This document shows, piece by piece, positions 38,564 to 50,009 of a stretch of 64,000 bases of DNA. The stretch is from an uncultured Rhizobium sp. (GTDB lineage: Bacteria; Pseudomonadota; Alphaproteobacteria; Micropepsales; Micropepsaceae), in NCBI GenBank assembly GCA_964580115.1, contig CAZOJG010000012.1, forward strand, positions 12,310-76,309, in the 5' to 3' direction. The stretch's first letter is position 1, and each line of letters begins with the position of its first letter. A model generated the notes under the pieces. The model did not search any database. It was given only the letters and a program-made list of their open reading frames with translations, and was not told where the DNA came from. The position numbers and the translations under genes are program-made.

Positions 38564-41470
38564 ATGTCCGACAACACCGACCCCAAATCCCGCGATTACA
38601 AATCAACCCTGTTTCTGCCCGCGACCGACTTCCCGATGAAGGCCGGTCTCCCCGAGGCCGAACCCAAATGGCTGGCCCGCTGGCAGGCGATGGATCTCTA
38701 TGGTCGCCAACGCGCCGCCGCCAAAGGCCGCCCGCTTTTCATCCTGCATGACGGCCCGCCCTATGCGAATGGCGAAATCCATTCCGGCACCGGCCTCAAC
38801 AAAATCCTCAAAGATTTTGTCATCCGCAGCCAGAACATGCTGGGCAAAGACGCGCCCTATATCCCCGGCTGGGATTGTCACGGCCTGCCCATCGAATGGA
38901 AGATCGAAGAAAAATATCGCGCCGAAGGCAAATCCAAAGACGATGTGCCGATCAGCCAGCTACGCGCGGATTGCCGTGCCTTCGCCGGTCACTGGATCAA
39001 TATCCAACGCGAACAATTCAAACGTCTCGGCGTCCTTGGCCAATGGGACACACCCTACACAACGATGAATTTCCGCGCCGAAGCGGTGATCGCGCAGGAA
39101 TTACATAAATTCATCGGCAATGGGCTGCTCTATCGCGGCTTCCGTCCCGTCATGTGGTCGCCGGTGGAAAAAACCGCGCTGGCCGAAGCCGAAGTCGAAT
39201 ATCACGAAAAATCCTCCCCCACGATCTATGTCAAATTTCCCGTGCGAAAAGATAATACGGGCGACGACATTTTTGTCGTGATCTGGACAACAACCCCCTG
39301 GACCATCCCCGGCAATCGCGCCATCGCCTTCAGCCCGACACTGTCCTACGGCGTCTATGAAGTGACTGATGCGCTTGATGGCTCCATCGCCAATACGGGC
39401 GAGAAAATCGCCCTTGCCGATGCGCTGGCGGATCAAACCGCCAAACATGCCAAAATCACGCTGAACCGTGTCAGCGATTTCGCGCCACAGGGCCGTATAG
39501 CCGACCACCCGTTCCGCGGTCAGGGCTACGAATTCGATGTCCCGCTGCTGGCCGGTGATCATGTCACCGCCGATACAGGCACAGGCTTCGTCCACACCGC
39601 CCCCGGCCATGGCGAGGACGATTTCGAGCTGATGCTCTCAACCTTCGACAATTATGCCGGCACACATCCCGATGCATTCAACATCATCGCCCCCGATGGG
39701 TCATATCAACCGCATGTCCCGCTCTTCGCGGGCAAGCGCATTCTCACGCCCGAAGGCAAGGATGGCGATGCCAATGGCGCGGTGATCAGGGAATTGATCA
39801 ATGCCCATCGTCTGCTCGCCAAAGGCACGCTGCGCCATCAATATCCGCATAGCTGGCGCTCCAAAGCGCCGGTGATCTTCCGCGCCACGCCGCAATGGTT
39901 TGTCGGCATAGATCGCCCCATGGCCGACCATGGCGGCGACACGCTGCGCCAGCGCGCCCTGAAAGCCGTCGTCGATACGCGCTGGTATCCGAAACAGGCG
40001 CAAAATCGCATGAATTCCATGGTGGAAGGCCGCCCCGATTGGGTGGTCTCGCGCCAGCGCGCCTGGGGCGTGCCGATTGCGATCTTTGTCCATAAAGACA
40101 CGCAGAAAATCCTCAATGACGACGAAGTGAATGCCCGTATCTTCGACGCCTTCCAACAGGAAGGTGCCGATGCATGGTTCAATTCCCCAGCCAGCCGCTT
40201 CCTTGGCGATAGTCACAATCCGGAAGATTTTGAACAGGTAAAAGACATTCTGGATGTCTGGTTCGATTCCGGCTCCACCCATGCTTTCACGGTGGAAAAT
40301 CCCATCGAACCCGTCTGGCCTCAAAAAGCCCATGCCGATCTTTATCTCGAAGGTACCGATCAACATCGCGGCTGGTTTCAGTCCTCCCTTCTGGAAAGCT
40401 GCGGCACGCGTGGCCGCGCTCCCTATGACGGCGTCCTGACACATGGCTTCGTGCTCGATGAGCAAGGTCGCAAAATGTCGAAATCGGTGGGCAATACGGT
40501 CCTGCCGCAAGTCATCGCCGATAAAAACGGCGCCGACATCTTGCGCCTCTGGGCCGCCAGTTCCGACTTCACCCAGGACTTGCGCATCGGTCAGGACATC
40601 ATCAAAACCAATGTCGATGCCTATCGCCGCCTGCGCAATACAATCCGCTTCATGCTGGCCAATCTTTCCGGCTTCGATGATAGCGAACGCGTTGCTGCCA
40701 GCGAAATGCCCGAGCTGGAGCGTTTCATGCTGGCCCGTCTGGCCGAACTCGATGTGCTGGTGCGCGATGGCTATACGGCCTATGACTTCAACCGCGTCTT
40801 CTCCACGCTGTTCGCCTTCTGCACCAATGAATTATCGGCCTTCTATTTCGACATCCGCAAAGACGTCCTCTATTGCGACGGTGTGAAAAGCCTGCGCCGC
40901 CGCGCCGCCCGCACCACGACCGATGAAATCTTCCGCCGTGTCGCCACATGGTTCGCACCGATCCTGTGCTTCACCATGGAAGAAGCATGGCTGCTGCGTT
41001 TCCCGGGCGATGCCGAAAGCGTCCATCTCCACACTTTCCCGCAAACCCCTACCGACTGGGCGAATGAACAGCTGATCGAAAAATGGACCAGAATCCGCAC
41101 CATCCGCCGCGCCGTCACAGGTGCGCTGGAAATCGCCCGCCGCGACAAGGTGATCGGTGCCAGCCTCGAAGCCGCGCCCACGCTCTATCTCAGCGACGAA
41201 GCTGATGCGGCCCATTTCAAGGGCGTCGATCTGGCCGAAATCGCCATCACCTCAGCCGCGCATATCTCCACCCTCGCCGCCCCGGACGATGCCTTCCGCC
41301 TCCCCGATATCGAGGGCGTGGCCGTCAGCTTCCACCATGCCACCGGCGAGAAATGCGCCCGCTGCTGGATGATCCTGCCGGAAGTGGGTCAGAATCCGGC
41401 CCATGATGATCTCTGCAATCGCTGCGCCGATGCCGTGGAAATCGCCCCGAACCGGGATGCGCTACAATGA
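38564..41470 (+). CDS. ileS: Isoleucine--tRNA ligase
   Basis: 968 aa class I synthetase with HIGH (PYANGEIHSGT) and KMSKS, a CP1 editing domain and a C-terminal Zn-binding CxxC..CxxC. Confidence 0.98.
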   Translation: MSDNTDPKSRDYKSTLFLPATDFPMKAGLPEAEPKWLARWQAMDLYGRQRAAAKGRPLFILHDGPPYANGEIHSGTGLNKILKDFVIRSQNMLGKDAPYIPGWDCHGLPIEWKIEEKYRAEGKSKDDVPISQLRADCRAFAGHWINIQREQFKRLGVLGQWDTPYTTMNFRAEAVIAQELHKFIGNGLLYRGFRPVMWSPVEKTALAEAEVEYHEKSSPTIYVKFPVRKDNTGDDIFVVIWTTTPWTIPGNRAIAFSPTLSYGVYEVTDALDGSIANTGEKIALADALADQTAKHAKITLNRVSDFAPQGRIADHPFRGQGYEFDVPLLAGDHVTADTGTGFVHTAPGHGEDDFELMLSTFDNYAGTHPDAFNIIAPDGSYQPHVPLFAGKRILTPEGKDGDANGAVIRELINAHRLLAKGTLRHQYPHSWRSKAPVIFRATPQWFVGIDRPMADHGGDTLRQRALKAVVDTRWYPKQAQNRMNSMVEGRPDWVVSRQRAWGVPIAIFVHKDTQKILNDDEVNARIFDAFQQEGADAWFNSPASRFLGDSHNPEDFEQVKDILDVWFDSGSTHAFTVENPIEPVWPQKAHADLYLEGTDQHRGWFQSSLLESCGTRGRAPYDGVLTHGFVLDEQGRKMSKSVGNTVLPQVIADKNGADILRLWAASSDFTQDLRIGQDIIKTNVDAYRRLRNTIRFMLANLSGFDDSERVAASEMPELERFMLARLAELDVLVRDGYTAYDFNRVFSTLFAFCTNELSAFYFDIRKDVLYCDGVKSLRRRAARTTTDEIFRRVATWFAPILCFTMEEAWLLRFPGDAESVHLHTFPQTPTDWANEQLIEKWTRIRTIRRAVTGALEIARRDKVIGASLEAAPTLYLSDEADAAHFKGVDLAEIAITSAAHISTLAAPDDAFRLPDIEGVAVSFHHATGEKCARCWMILPEVGQNPAHDDLCNRCADAVEIAPNRDALQ

Positions 41471-42006
41471 GCCGCACCCTTCCCGGTTGGCCGCCCAATA
41501 CATGGTCCATCCGCGAATGGGGCATCGTGACAGCCCTTCTGGCCTTCCTGCTGGATCAGGGGTCCAAGCTGCTGCTGCTCCATGGCTTCGGTTTCATGGA
41601 CAATCAGCCGGGCGATGGGGTGGATGTCCTACCCTTCTTCAATCTGGTCATGGTGTGGAATCCGGGCGTCAGCTATGGGCTTTTCCCGGCGCAGGGCATC
41701 TGGGGCACCTTGTTATTAGGTCTTTTTTCCGCCGTCGCCATCAGCGCCCTCAGCTGGTGGATGTGGCGGGTCGACCGCCGCATTCTGGCCATCGGGCTGG
41801 GGCTGGTGGTCGGCGGGGCGCTGGGAAATCTGGTCGACCGGCTGGCCTATGGGGCCGTGGCCGACTTTTTTCATTTCCATGCTTTCGGCTATGACTGGTA
41901 TGTGTTCAATGTCGCGGATGTGGCAATTACATTCGGCGTTATCGCGCTTCTCTATGATGCGCTGATAAAATCCGAAAAAGGCGCCGATACGACCAGCAGT
42001 ACCTGA
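41467..42006 (+). CDS. lspA: Lipoprotein signal peptidase (signal peptidase II)
   Basis: 179 aa with GGALGNLVDR and FNVADV motifs. It has an ATGA overlap with ileS. Confidence 0.93.
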   Translation: MSRTLPGWPPNTWSIREWGIVTALLAFLLDQGSKLLLLHGFGFMDNQPGDGVDVLPFFNLVMVWNPGVSYGLFPAQGIWGTLLLGLFSAVAISALSWWMWRVDRRILAIGLGLVVGGALGNLVDRLAYGAVADFFHFHAFGYDWYVFNVADVAITFGVIALLYDALIKSEKGADTTSST

Positions 42007-42101
42007 CAAATATTTAAGCGCCGAAAAGCCGAATTAAGCCGGATAATGGCAAAACAGATAATGGCGATACTCAGATGGCTATAAAAGGAATGGAACGCTC
42101 G

Positions 42102-42671
42102 ATGAAATCCACTCAGGTCCTTCTGCTGGCAGCGGTCACGGCCCTCTTGCTGGCTGGCTGCGACAGTGTGCGAAATGCTGCGGGCCTGTCCAAAAGCGCG
42201 CCGGATGAATTTGCCGTGGTCACCAAAGCCCCGCTGATCATCCCGCCCGATTTCAATCTGATGCCGCCGCGCCCCGGTGCCGCCCCGCTGAATCAGGTTG
42301 GCCCGACTCAGGCCGCCCAAAGCGCGCTGTTCAATAATGATCCCGCCGCTGTCGCCGCCGCCATACCGGGGGATGCCAGTCAGGGCGAAAAACTGCTCAT
42401 CGCCAATGCCGGCGCCGCCAGTGTCAGCCCCACCATCCGCCAGCAGATCGCGGCCGATAATGCGGGCCTGCAAGCCACCGATTCCTCCTTCACCGACCGC
42501 GTCCTGTTCGGCGGAAGCGAAGACGAAGGCACCCCTGTCGATGCCGATGCCGAAGCCGAACGTCTTGGCAAAGCCGCACCGGGCAGCACCGGCCCCGCAA
42601 CATCCACACCCACCACTGAAGACGTCCCCATGGCCGAGGATAAGGGCGGCTGGTTCGACTGGTTGTTCTGA
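42102..42671 (+). CDS. DUF3035-like lipoprotein
   Basis: It has a lipobox (LLLAGC) followed by SKSAPDEFAVVTKAPLIIPPDFNLMPP. The start was chosen at MKSTQ.., and the stop overlaps the next ATG (TGATG). Confidence 0.75.
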   Translation: MKSTQVLLLAAVTALLLAGCDSVRNAAGLSKSAPDEFAVVTKAPLIIPPDFNLMPPRPGAAPLNQVGPTQAAQSALFNNDPAAVAAAIPGDASQGEKLLIANAGAASVSPTIRQQIAADNAGLQATDSSFTDRVLFGGSEDEGTPVDADAEAERLGKAAPGSTGPATSTPTTEDVPMAEDKGGWFDWLF

Positions 42672-44029
42672 TGCGTCTTGGTCGTGTAGGGGGCGCGGCG
42701 CTTTTAGCTGCTTCAATGATCATCTGCGGCGCGGCCTCTCCGCCGCCGCCACCGCCGCCCAAAGCCTTTCAATTCGCCCTGCAGAACGGCATGCAAGTGC
42801 TCGTCCTGCCGGATAGGCGCGCGCCCGTCGTCACCCAAATGCTCTGGTTCCGCGTCGGCAGCGATGACGATCCGCCGGGCCTTTCAGGTCTTGCCCATTT
42901 CTTTGAACATATGATGTTCCGGGGCACCAAAAAATATCCCCAAGGTCAGTTCTCGCAAATCGTGGCCCGCAATGGCGGCGATCTGAACGCCTTCACCTCG
43001 CATGATTACACGGCCTATTACGAACAGATCGCCAAAGACCGCATGCCTTTGATGATGCGGTTAGAGGCTGATCGCATGACCAATCTCGATCTGACTGACG
43101 GCCCTGTCCGCACCGAACGCAATATCGTGCTCGAAGAACGCCGGATGCGCGTCGATAATAATCCGCAGGCTCTCTTCAGCGAACAATTGGCCGCCGCGCT
43201 CTATCTCACCCATCCCTATGGCCGCCCGGTGATCGGCTGGGCCGAAGAGATCAGCCGTATCGGCCGCATGGAAGCCCGCAATTTCTACCAGACCCATTAC
43301 GCCCCAAATAATGCCACGCTGATCGTGGTGGGCGATGTCTCTCCCGAAGATGTCCGACACGCCGCCGAAGCCGAACTTGGCAAAGTCCCCGCCCGCGAAC
43401 TGGCCCCGCGCGCCGAATTCGCACAGCCCGCACGTCTGGGTGAAACCCGCATCAATATCCGCCGGCCCGATGTCAAATTGCCGGTCTTTCTGCGCTATTA
43501 CCGCGTCCCCAGCTATGCCGAAGGCGCGCCGGGCGAAGCCGAAGCCCTCGATCTCCTCGCCCAGCTGATGGGCAATGGCACAACTTCGGTGCTCTATCGC
43601 GAATTGGTGGTAAAACGAAAACTCGCCAGCGATGCCGGCGCATCCTATGACGGCCTGACCCGCGATCGCTCGATCTTCAGCGTCTATGCCCTGCCGCGTC
43701 CCGGCATTTCGCTCGAAACGCTGGAACGCGCGATAGATGGCATCATCACCAGCTTTTTCGATCGCCCCGTCGCCGGCACGGATCTGGAACGCGCCCGCAC
43801 CCAACTCATCGCCAGCGCCACCTATCGCCGGGACAGCCAGTTCGCCTTGGCCCGCGCCTATGGTCAGGCCCTCTCCATCGGCCTCACCGTGAATGATGTT
43901 GAACAATGGCCCCGCCGCATCGGCAATGTCACAGCCGACACCATCCGCAAGGTCGCGATCAAAACGTTGATCAAAAACGAAGCCGCCACCGGCTATCTGC
44001 GCCCACCCCTACAGGGAGCCGGCAAATGA
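42671..44029 (+). CDS. M16-family zinc peptidase, active subunit (HxxEH)
   Basis: It has the inverted zinc motif HFFEHMMFRGT and a downstream Glu (LEERR). Confidence 0.9.
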   Translation: MRLGRVGGAALLAASMIICGAASPPPPPPPKAFQFALQNGMQVLVLPDRRAPVVTQMLWFRVGSDDDPPGLSGLAHFFEHMMFRGTKKYPQGQFSQIVARNGGDLNAFTSHDYTAYYEQIAKDRMPLMMRLEADRMTNLDLTDGPVRTERNIVLEERRMRVDNNPQALFSEQLAAALYLTHPYGRPVIGWAEEISRIGRMEARNFYQTHYAPNNATLIVVGDVSPEDVRHAAEAELGKVPARELAPRAEFAQPARLGETRINIRRPDVKLPVFLRYYRVPSYAEGAPGEAEALDLLAQLMGNGTTSVLYRELVVKRKLASDAGASYDGLTRDRSIFSVYALPRPGISLETLERAIDGIITSFFDRPVAGTDLERARTQLIASATYRRDSQFALARAYGQALSIGLTVNDVEQWPRRIGNVTADTIRKVAIKTLIKNEAATGYLRPPLQGAGK

Positions 44030-45330
44030 GACTTCTGAAAGTCTGCCTCGCGCTCACATTGCTGCTGGTCGCGCACAACACCGCCATGGCCGCCGATGTC
44101 AAAACCATCACCGGCCCCAAAGGCAGTGAAGTCTGGTTTGTCGAAGATCGCACCGTTCCCATCATCGCCCTCAGCGCGGCCATACCAGCTGGCTCGTCCT
44201 ACGAACCACATGGCAAGGCAGGCCTCGCCACCTTTGCCGCCGCACTGCTGGACGAAGGCTCGGGCAAAATGAACGCCAGCGCCTTCCAAACAGCCCTGGC
44301 CGACAAAGCCATCCGCATTTCCGCCTCGCCCTCGCGTGATTACACAGTGATCACCTTGCTCACCCTCACCACCCACGCGCCCGATGCGTTCCGCCTGCTG
44401 GGTCAGGCCCTGTCCCATCCGCGCTTCGATGAAGATGCCATCGCCCGCATCCGTCTCCAGATGCTCGAAGCCCTGAAGCAGGACACACAGGAACCCAATA
44501 CGGTCGCCAGCAAAGCCTTCAATAAAATATTCTTCGCGGGCCATCCCTATGGCAATCCCGTCTCTGGCGATTCCCAAAGCGTGCAGTCCATCACACGCGA
44601 TGACCTAAATAATTTCGCCCGCCGCCATTGGGTGCGCAACGGCCTGAAAATCTCCGTCTCCGGCGATATCGACGAAGCCACACTCAAAACCTTGCTGAAC
44701 ACCGCCTTCGGCGCGCTCCCCAATACAGCCCCCCATGCGCAGGCCAATATCCGCCGCATGGGTGCTCCCGGCGTGCATCTGGAATCCATGCCGGTGCCCC
44801 AGCCCGCCATCGCCTTCGGCCTGCCGGGCCTGCTGCGTCACGACAAAGATTTCATGCCCGCCTATATCGCCAATTACATTCTGGGCGGTGGCGGTTTCGC
44901 GTCTGACCTCACGAAGGAAGTCCGTGAAAAACGCGGATTGACCTATGGTATCAGCACCAGCCTGGCGACCTATCGCAAAGCCGGTGTCTTTGCGGGGCAG
45001 GTGGCGACCAAAGCCGAAAATGTGCCGCAAACCATCGAAGTCGTGCGCAAAGTGATCGGCGATTTCGCCGCCAAAGGCCCCAGCGCCGCACAATTGGCCG
45101 ATGCCAAAACCTATCTCACCGGCTCATTCCCACTGAGCTTCGACAGCAATATCGGCATCGCCGCCCAGCTCAACGCCTTCCAGCGCAATGGTCTCAGCGC
45201 CGATTATGTCGCCAAACGCAATGCCCTGATCGAAGCTGTCACACTTGAAGACGTCAAACGCGTCGCCAAAAAACTATTCGATCCGTCCAAACTCACCATT
45301 GTCGTCGCGGGCGATTTCCCGCAACCTTGA
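44026..45330 (+). CDS. M16-family peptidase-like protein lacking the HxxEH motif (probable non-catalytic partner)
   Basis: It has a signal peptide (MRLLKVCLALTLLLVAHNTAMA) and an M16 fold-like sequence, but I see no HxxEH. It has an ATGA overlap with the upstream M16 gene. Confidence 0.88.
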   Translation: MRLLKVCLALTLLLVAHNTAMAADVKTITGPKGSEVWFVEDRTVPIIALSAAIPAGSSYEPHGKAGLATFAAALLDEGSGKMNASAFQTALADKAIRISASPSRDYTVITLLTLTTHAPDAFRLLGQALSHPRFDEDAIARIRLQMLEALKQDTQEPNTVASKAFNKIFFAGHPYGNPVSGDSQSVQSITRDDLNNFARRHWVRNGLKISVSGDIDEATLKTLLNTAFGALPNTAPHAQANIRRMGAPGVHLESMPVPQPAIAFGLPGLLRHDKDFMPAYIANYILGGGGFASDLTKEVREKRGLTYGISTSLATYRKAGVFAGQVATKAENVPQTIEVVRKVIGDFAAKGPSAAQLADAKTYLTGSFPLSFDSNIGIAAQLNAFQRNGLSADYVAKRNALIEAVTLEDVKRVAKKLFDPSKLTIVVAGDFPQP

Positions 45331-45385
45331 AAATACTCCACAGGAAAAAACAGCGGGGCAGGGGCGAAACTGCTAAGCTCTGCCC

Positions 45386-47218
45386 ATGCCCGACACACGC
45401 CCCGCGCCCATCATCCGCCGCCTAGCCGAAGGTACCGTCAATCGCATCGCCGCTGGCGAAGTGGTGGAACGCCCGGCCAGCGCCGCGAAAGAACTGATCG
45501 AAAACGCGCTCGATGCCGGTGCCACAAATATACAAATCTCTGTCTCCAATGGCGGCATAGATCTCATTCTGGTCGAAGATAACGGCGTTGGCATGTCGCC
45601 GGACGATCTGTCTCTCGCCGTCCAGCGCCATGCCACATCCAAACTCCCGCATAAAAATGGTGAAGACGATCTTTTTCATATCGTCTCTCTGGGCTTCCGC
45701 GGAGAAGCCCTGCCGTCCATCGGCTCGGTCGCCCGCCTCACCATCATCAGCCGCAAACAAAATTGTGATGCCGCTGAAATCCATCTCGAAGGCGGCGTGC
45801 AGCAGGGGCCGCAACCACGCGCTTACTTAAGCCATGGTCAAAGCGGCACCCGTGTCGAAATACGCGATCTGTTCTACGCCACGCCCGCGCGCCTCAAATT
45901 CCTCAAAAGCGCCCGCGCCGAAGACATGGCCACCACGGATGTCGTTAAACGCCTCGCCATGGCCCATCCCGAAGTCAGTTTCACTTTAACCGTGGATGGC
46001 CGCATTACCCTGCAACTCGATGCCGAAACCCCGAATGATGCAGGCCGGCTCAAACGCCTCTCCCGCATTCTGGGCCGCGAATTTGCCGAAAATGCCCAGG
46101 CCGTGCAGGTCGAACGCGAAGATCTGCGCATCAGCGGCTATGCGGGCCTGCCCACCTATAGTCGCGGCAATGCCCAGATGCAGTATCTCTTCGTCAATGG
46201 CCGTCCGGTGCGCGATAAGCTGCTCACCGGCGCGGTGCGCGGCGCCTATGCAGATTTTCTGGCGCGTGATCGCCACCCCGCATTGGCCCTTTTCGTGGAA
46301 TGCGATCCAACCTTTGTCGATGTGAACGTTCATCCCGCCAAAACCGAAGTGCGCTTCCGCGATACCGGCCTGGTGCGCGGCCTCATCGTCTCCTCCCTGA
46401 AATATGCGCTGACACAGGCTGGCCACCGCGCCTCCACCACAGTCGCGCATAGCACGCTGGCCTCCTTCCGCCCGCAAAACAGCGTGCCGTCTTTTGCGTA
46501 TCAGCCCGCACAGGTCACGCCCCATTTTTCGGAACAGGCGCAGAATTTCCAATCGCCCCTCTTTACAGCCGAACAACCCGCCCGCTCAGTCCGGGTCGAA
46601 GACAATACTCCGCCCACAGATAATCAGCCTACAGATCATTACCCGCTGGGCCTGGCCCGCGCCCAATTGCACGAAACCTATATCATCGCCCAAACGAAAG
46701 ATGGCATTGTCATCGTCGATCAACATGCCGCGCATGAACGGCTGGTCCATGAACGCCTCAAAGCCGCGATGCAAACGGGTGGCCCGGCGCGCCAGCCTCT
46801 GCTGATCCCCGAAGTCGTCGAACTCGATCCCAATGAAGTCACCCGCCTTACCAGCCATATGTCTGCATTAGCGGAACTGGGCCTGATCCTGGAATCGTTC
46901 GGGCCTGATGCGGTCCTGGTGCGCGAATTGCCCGCCATGCTGGGACAGACCGACATCAAAAAACTGGTCCGCGATCTGGCCGATGATCTGGCCGAAACCA
47001 GCAGCACGCACGCACTCTCAGAAAAGCTGGATTCCATCTCCGGCACTTTGGCCTGTCATACAAGCGTGCGCGCGGGCCGCCGCCTGAATGGGGAAGAAAT
47101 GAATGCGCTGTTGCGGGAAATGGAAATCACGCCCCATTCCGGCCAATGCAATCATGGCCGCCCCACCTATGTCGAACTTAAACTCAGCGATATAGAGCGC
47201 CTCTTCGGGCGTCGCTGA
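45386..47218 (+). CDS. mutL: DNA mismatch repair protein MutL
   Basis: It has the GHKL ATPase motifs ([41 protein letters not shown]). The C-terminal endonuclease-type motifs are DQHAAHER and ..CNHGRP. Confidence 0.96.
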   Translation: MPDTRPAPIIRRLAEGTVNRIAAGEVVERPASAAKELIENALDAGATNIQISVSNGGIDLILVEDNGVGMSPDDLSLAVQRHATSKLPHKNGEDDLFHIVSLGFRGEALPSIGSVARLTIISRKQNCDAAEIHLEGGVQQGPQPRAYLSHGQSGTRVEIRDLFYATPARLKFLKSARAEDMATTDVVKRLAMAHPEVSFTLTVDGRITLQLDAETPNDAGRLKRLSRILGREFAENAQAVQVEREDLRISGYAGLPTYSRGNAQMQYLFVNGRPVRDKLLTGAVRGAYADFLARDRHPALALFVECDPTFVDVNVHPAKTEVRFRDTGLVRGLIVSSLKYALTQAGHRASTTVAHSTLASFRPQNSVPSFAYQPAQVTPHFSEQAQNFQSPLFTAEQPARSVRVEDNTPPTDNQPTDHYPLGLARAQLHETYIIAQTKDGIVIVDQHAAHERLVHERLKAAMQTGGPARQPLLIPEVVELDPNEVTRLTSHMSALAELGLILESFGPDAVLVRELPAMLGQTDIKKLVRDLADDLAETSSTHALSEKLDSISGTLACHTSVRAGRRLNGEEMNALLREMEITPHSGQCNHGRPTYVELKLSDIERLFGRR

Positions 47219-47220
47219 AC

Positions 47221-47787
47221 CTATCCATGCTCCGTCAGGAACATCACCTTCGTGTCGCCATAGATGCGGCTATCCAGCAATTCAAAACCCTTCAGGTCAA
47301 TCTCTTCATCTTCGGCGCATTCCGCCACAATCAAGGCATTGGGCGCCAGCCAGCCATCGCGCAAACAGGCCAGCGCGGGCGGTATCAAGGTCTTGCGATA
47401 GGGCGGGTCCATAAAAATCAGATCAAACGGCCCGCCTGATCCCGCCGCCATCGGCCCCAACTGGCTGGCATCGCGCCGCCAGATGCGTGTCACGCCGGTC
47501 AATTGCAGATTTTCCACATTCTGCCGCTGCAAGGCGCGGGCCTCGGCATCCTCATCCACCAGCAAACAAAACGCACTGCCACGCGATAAAGCTTCCAAAC
47601 CCAGCGCGCCGGTTCCAGCAAACAGATCAGCCACCCGCGCCCCTTCCAGCGTGAAGCCCATGTCAAAATCTTTATGCGCCAGAATATTGAACATGGCCTG
47701 TCTGACCTTATCCGATGTCGGGCGGACCCGATTATCGGCAGGCGCCACCAGCCCACGTCCTGCAAATGTCCCACCCGTAATACGCAA
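47221..47787 (-). CDS. rsmD: 16S rRNA (guanine966-N2)-methyltransferase
   Basis: It has RITGG.., RPTSDKVRQAMFN, DLFAGTGALGLEALSRG and the DPPY motif. I prefer the TTG start at 47787 (188 aa) over the ORF-track start at 47895. Confidence 0.85.
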   Translation of the reverse strand: MRITGGTFAGRGLVAPADNRVRPTSDKVRQAMFNILAHKDFDMGFTLEGARVADLFAGTGALGLEALSRGSAFCLLVDEDAEARALQRQNVENLQLTGVTRIWRRDASQLGPMAAGSGGPFDLIFMDPPYRKTLIPPALACLRDGWLAPNALIVAECAEDEEIDLKGFELLDSRIYGDTKVMFLTEHG

Positions 47788-47912
47788 AATCCACGTCCCC
47801 CACCCAGAATCGCGAATAGAGTCTATAGCCCAGCCCCAGATCAAACGGCGAGGGGCGAGGGGGATAAGACAGGGGTGCTGACATTCCGGGCCCATCAGGG
47901 CTAAGTAAGCCC

Positions 47913-50009
47913 ATGCGCATCTGGCTGGCTCTTTGCTTCATTCTGCTTGGTTTTGCTCCTGCCTCGGCGCAGGTCCGGCCGTCGCCCAAGGTGCAGGCCA
48001 CGCTCATCGCCGAATATGAAACAATCCGCCCGGGCGAAACCGTCCATGTCGCGCTCGAACTCGTCATGCGCCGTGGCTGGCATACATATTGGATCAATCC
48101 GGGCGATGCGGGCGCGCCCACCGAACTTCATTGGCAACTTCCCGCGGGCTGGCAGTCCACGGCGCTGGAATGGCCCTATCCCGAACGTCAGCCCACCGGG
48201 CCGTTAATGGATTACGGCTATCAGAACAAAGTCTGGCTGCTGACCACTATCCGCGCGCCCAATGCCGCCAAACCCGGCGACATCATCACACTCCCCGCCA
48301 CAGCAAGCTGGCTGGTCTGCAAAGAAGTCTGCATCCCCGAAGACGCCGAGATGACGCTGACTTTGCGCGTCTCCAGCACACCACCCGTACAAAATTATCA
48401 AAGATCCGCCCGCTTCAGTGAAGCCCGCGCCAAAATCCCGCAAACCTCGCCTTGGCTCAGCACCTATCACAGCCCCACCAATCAACAGCTCGATCTCTTC
48501 ATCAAAGCCCCGGAACTCGTAACTCCCGCACCGGCCAATGCCTATTTCTTCCCCCTCACCGAAGGCTTGATCGACGGCCCCACACCCCAATCACTCGGCA
48601 TAGCTGAAGACGGTCTGGTCTTGCGCATGGCGCCGGGCCGTAAATTCACCTGGCGCGCCTTCCGCTCCACCAAACCCGAAATCACCGGCGTCCTCGTCCT
48701 CACCGCCACCAATGGCACTGTGCAGGCCGTCACATTGCGCGCATCACCCGGCAATATCCCCAGCGCCCATTTTCAACAGCCCGCCCAAAGCAATATGACC
48801 CTGATCTGGGCCATGGGATTCGTCCTGCTGGGCGGCTTGATCCTCAATCTGATGCCCTGCGTCCTGCCCGTGCTGGCCATGAAATCTCTCGCCATCGCCA
48901 AAGCCTCACATCTCTCCCGCCGCAATGCGATCATCGAGGGTCTGTCCTATGGCGCAGGCGTCGTCCTCAGCGTCCTTTCGCTGGGCCTTCTGGTTATCAG
49001 TTTGCGCGCCGGCGGACAGGCCGTCGGCTGGGGCTTCCAATTACAAGACCCGCTCATCGTCGCCGCCTTCGCCCTGCTGATCTTCGCCGTCGCGCTATAT
49101 ATGTCAGGCGTCTATCGCCTCCGGGGCAGCTTTCACGCCGGCGATCATCTCACCCGCAAGTCAGGCCCGGCGGGGGCCTTTTTCACCGGCATATTAGCCG
49201 TGCTGGTCGCCGCCCCTTGTACCGCACCCTTTATGGCCGCGGCGCTGGGCTATGCCCTGACGCAAAGCGCGCTCGCCGCATTGCTGATCTTCCTCTGCCT
49301 CGGCCTTGGTTTCGCCGCGCCCTATGTCGCGATCACCCTCTCGCCGCGCCTGCTGCGCCTCATTCCAAAACCCGGCCCATGGATGGCGCGCTTCCAGCAA
49401 ATCCTGGCCTTCCCGCTCTATGCCACGGTGGTCTGGCTGATCTGGGTCTTGTCCATTCAGGCCGGCCCCACCGCCGTCACCAGCGCACTTGCCGCCATGG
49501 TGCTCCTCGCCTTCGCCGCCTGGTGCTGGAATGCCAGCGCGGACAGCAAGGGCGCATCCCTCTGCATCGCCCGCGCCATTGTCGTCATCGCCGCGCTCGC
49601 AGCACTGGCATCCCTCAGCCTGATAAAATCCAACCCGACCACAGTCTCCACTCAAATCAATATGAGTGGACCAAATTCCGAACCCTATAGTCCCGCGCGG
49701 CTCGATACTTTGCGCGCCGAACAGCGCCCGGTCTTCATCAATGCGACCGCCGCCTGGTGTATTACCTGTCTGGTAAATGAACGCGTCGCCTTCAGCATGT
49801 TAGCGGTGAAAGACGCATTCCAAAAAAACAATGTCGCTTATCTGATCGCGGATTGGACCAGCCGTGACCCGCAAATCACCCAGCTTCTCGCGCAATATGA
49901 ACGATCAGGCGTGCCCCTCTATCTCTATTTTAAACCCGGCGCGGACAAGCCGCAGATCCTGCCGCAAGTCCTCACGCCGGGCATGCTCGTAAAAACTATT
50001 TCGCCTTAG
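47913..50009 (+). CDS. DsbD/ScsB-type transmembrane thiol:disulfide reductase
   Basis: It has a signal peptide and an N-terminal periplasmic domain (WHTYW, ..LVCKEVCIPE). The central DsbD TM core carries conserved Cys residues (LNLMPCVLPVL; AAPCTAPFM), and the C-terminal thioredoxin fold has WCITC. Confidence 0.88.
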   Translation: MRIWLALCFILLGFAPASAQVRPSPKVQATLIAEYETIRPGETVHVALELVMRRGWHTYWINPGDAGAPTELHWQLPAGWQSTALEWPYPERQPTGPLMDYGYQNKVWLLTTIRAPNAAKPGDIITLPATASWLVCKEVCIPEDAEMTLTLRVSSTPPVQNYQRSARFSEARAKIPQTSPWLSTYHSPTNQQLDLFIKAPELVTPAPANAYFFPLTEGLIDGPTPQSLGIAEDGLVLRMAPGRKFTWRAFRSTKPEITGVLVLTATNGTVQAVTLRASPGNIPSAHFQQPAQSNMTLIWAMGFVLLGGLILNLMPCVLPVLAMKSLAIAKASHLSRRNAIIEGLSYGAGVVLSVLSLGLLVISLRAGGQAVGWGFQLQDPLIVAAFALLIFAVALYMSGVYRLRGSFHAGDHLTRKSGPAGAFFTGILAVLVAAPCTAPFMAAALGYALTQSALAALLIFLCLGLGFAAPYVAITLSPRLLRLIPKPGPWMARFQQILAFPLYATVVWLIWVLSIQAGPTAVTSALAAMVLLAFAAWCWNASADSKGASLCIARAIVVIAALAALASLSLIKSNPTTVSTQINMSGPNSEPYSPARLDTLRAEQRPVFINATAAWCITCLVNERVAFSMLAVKDAFQKNNVAYLIADWTSRDPQITQLLAQYERSGVPLYLYFKPGADKPQILPQVLTPGMLVKTISP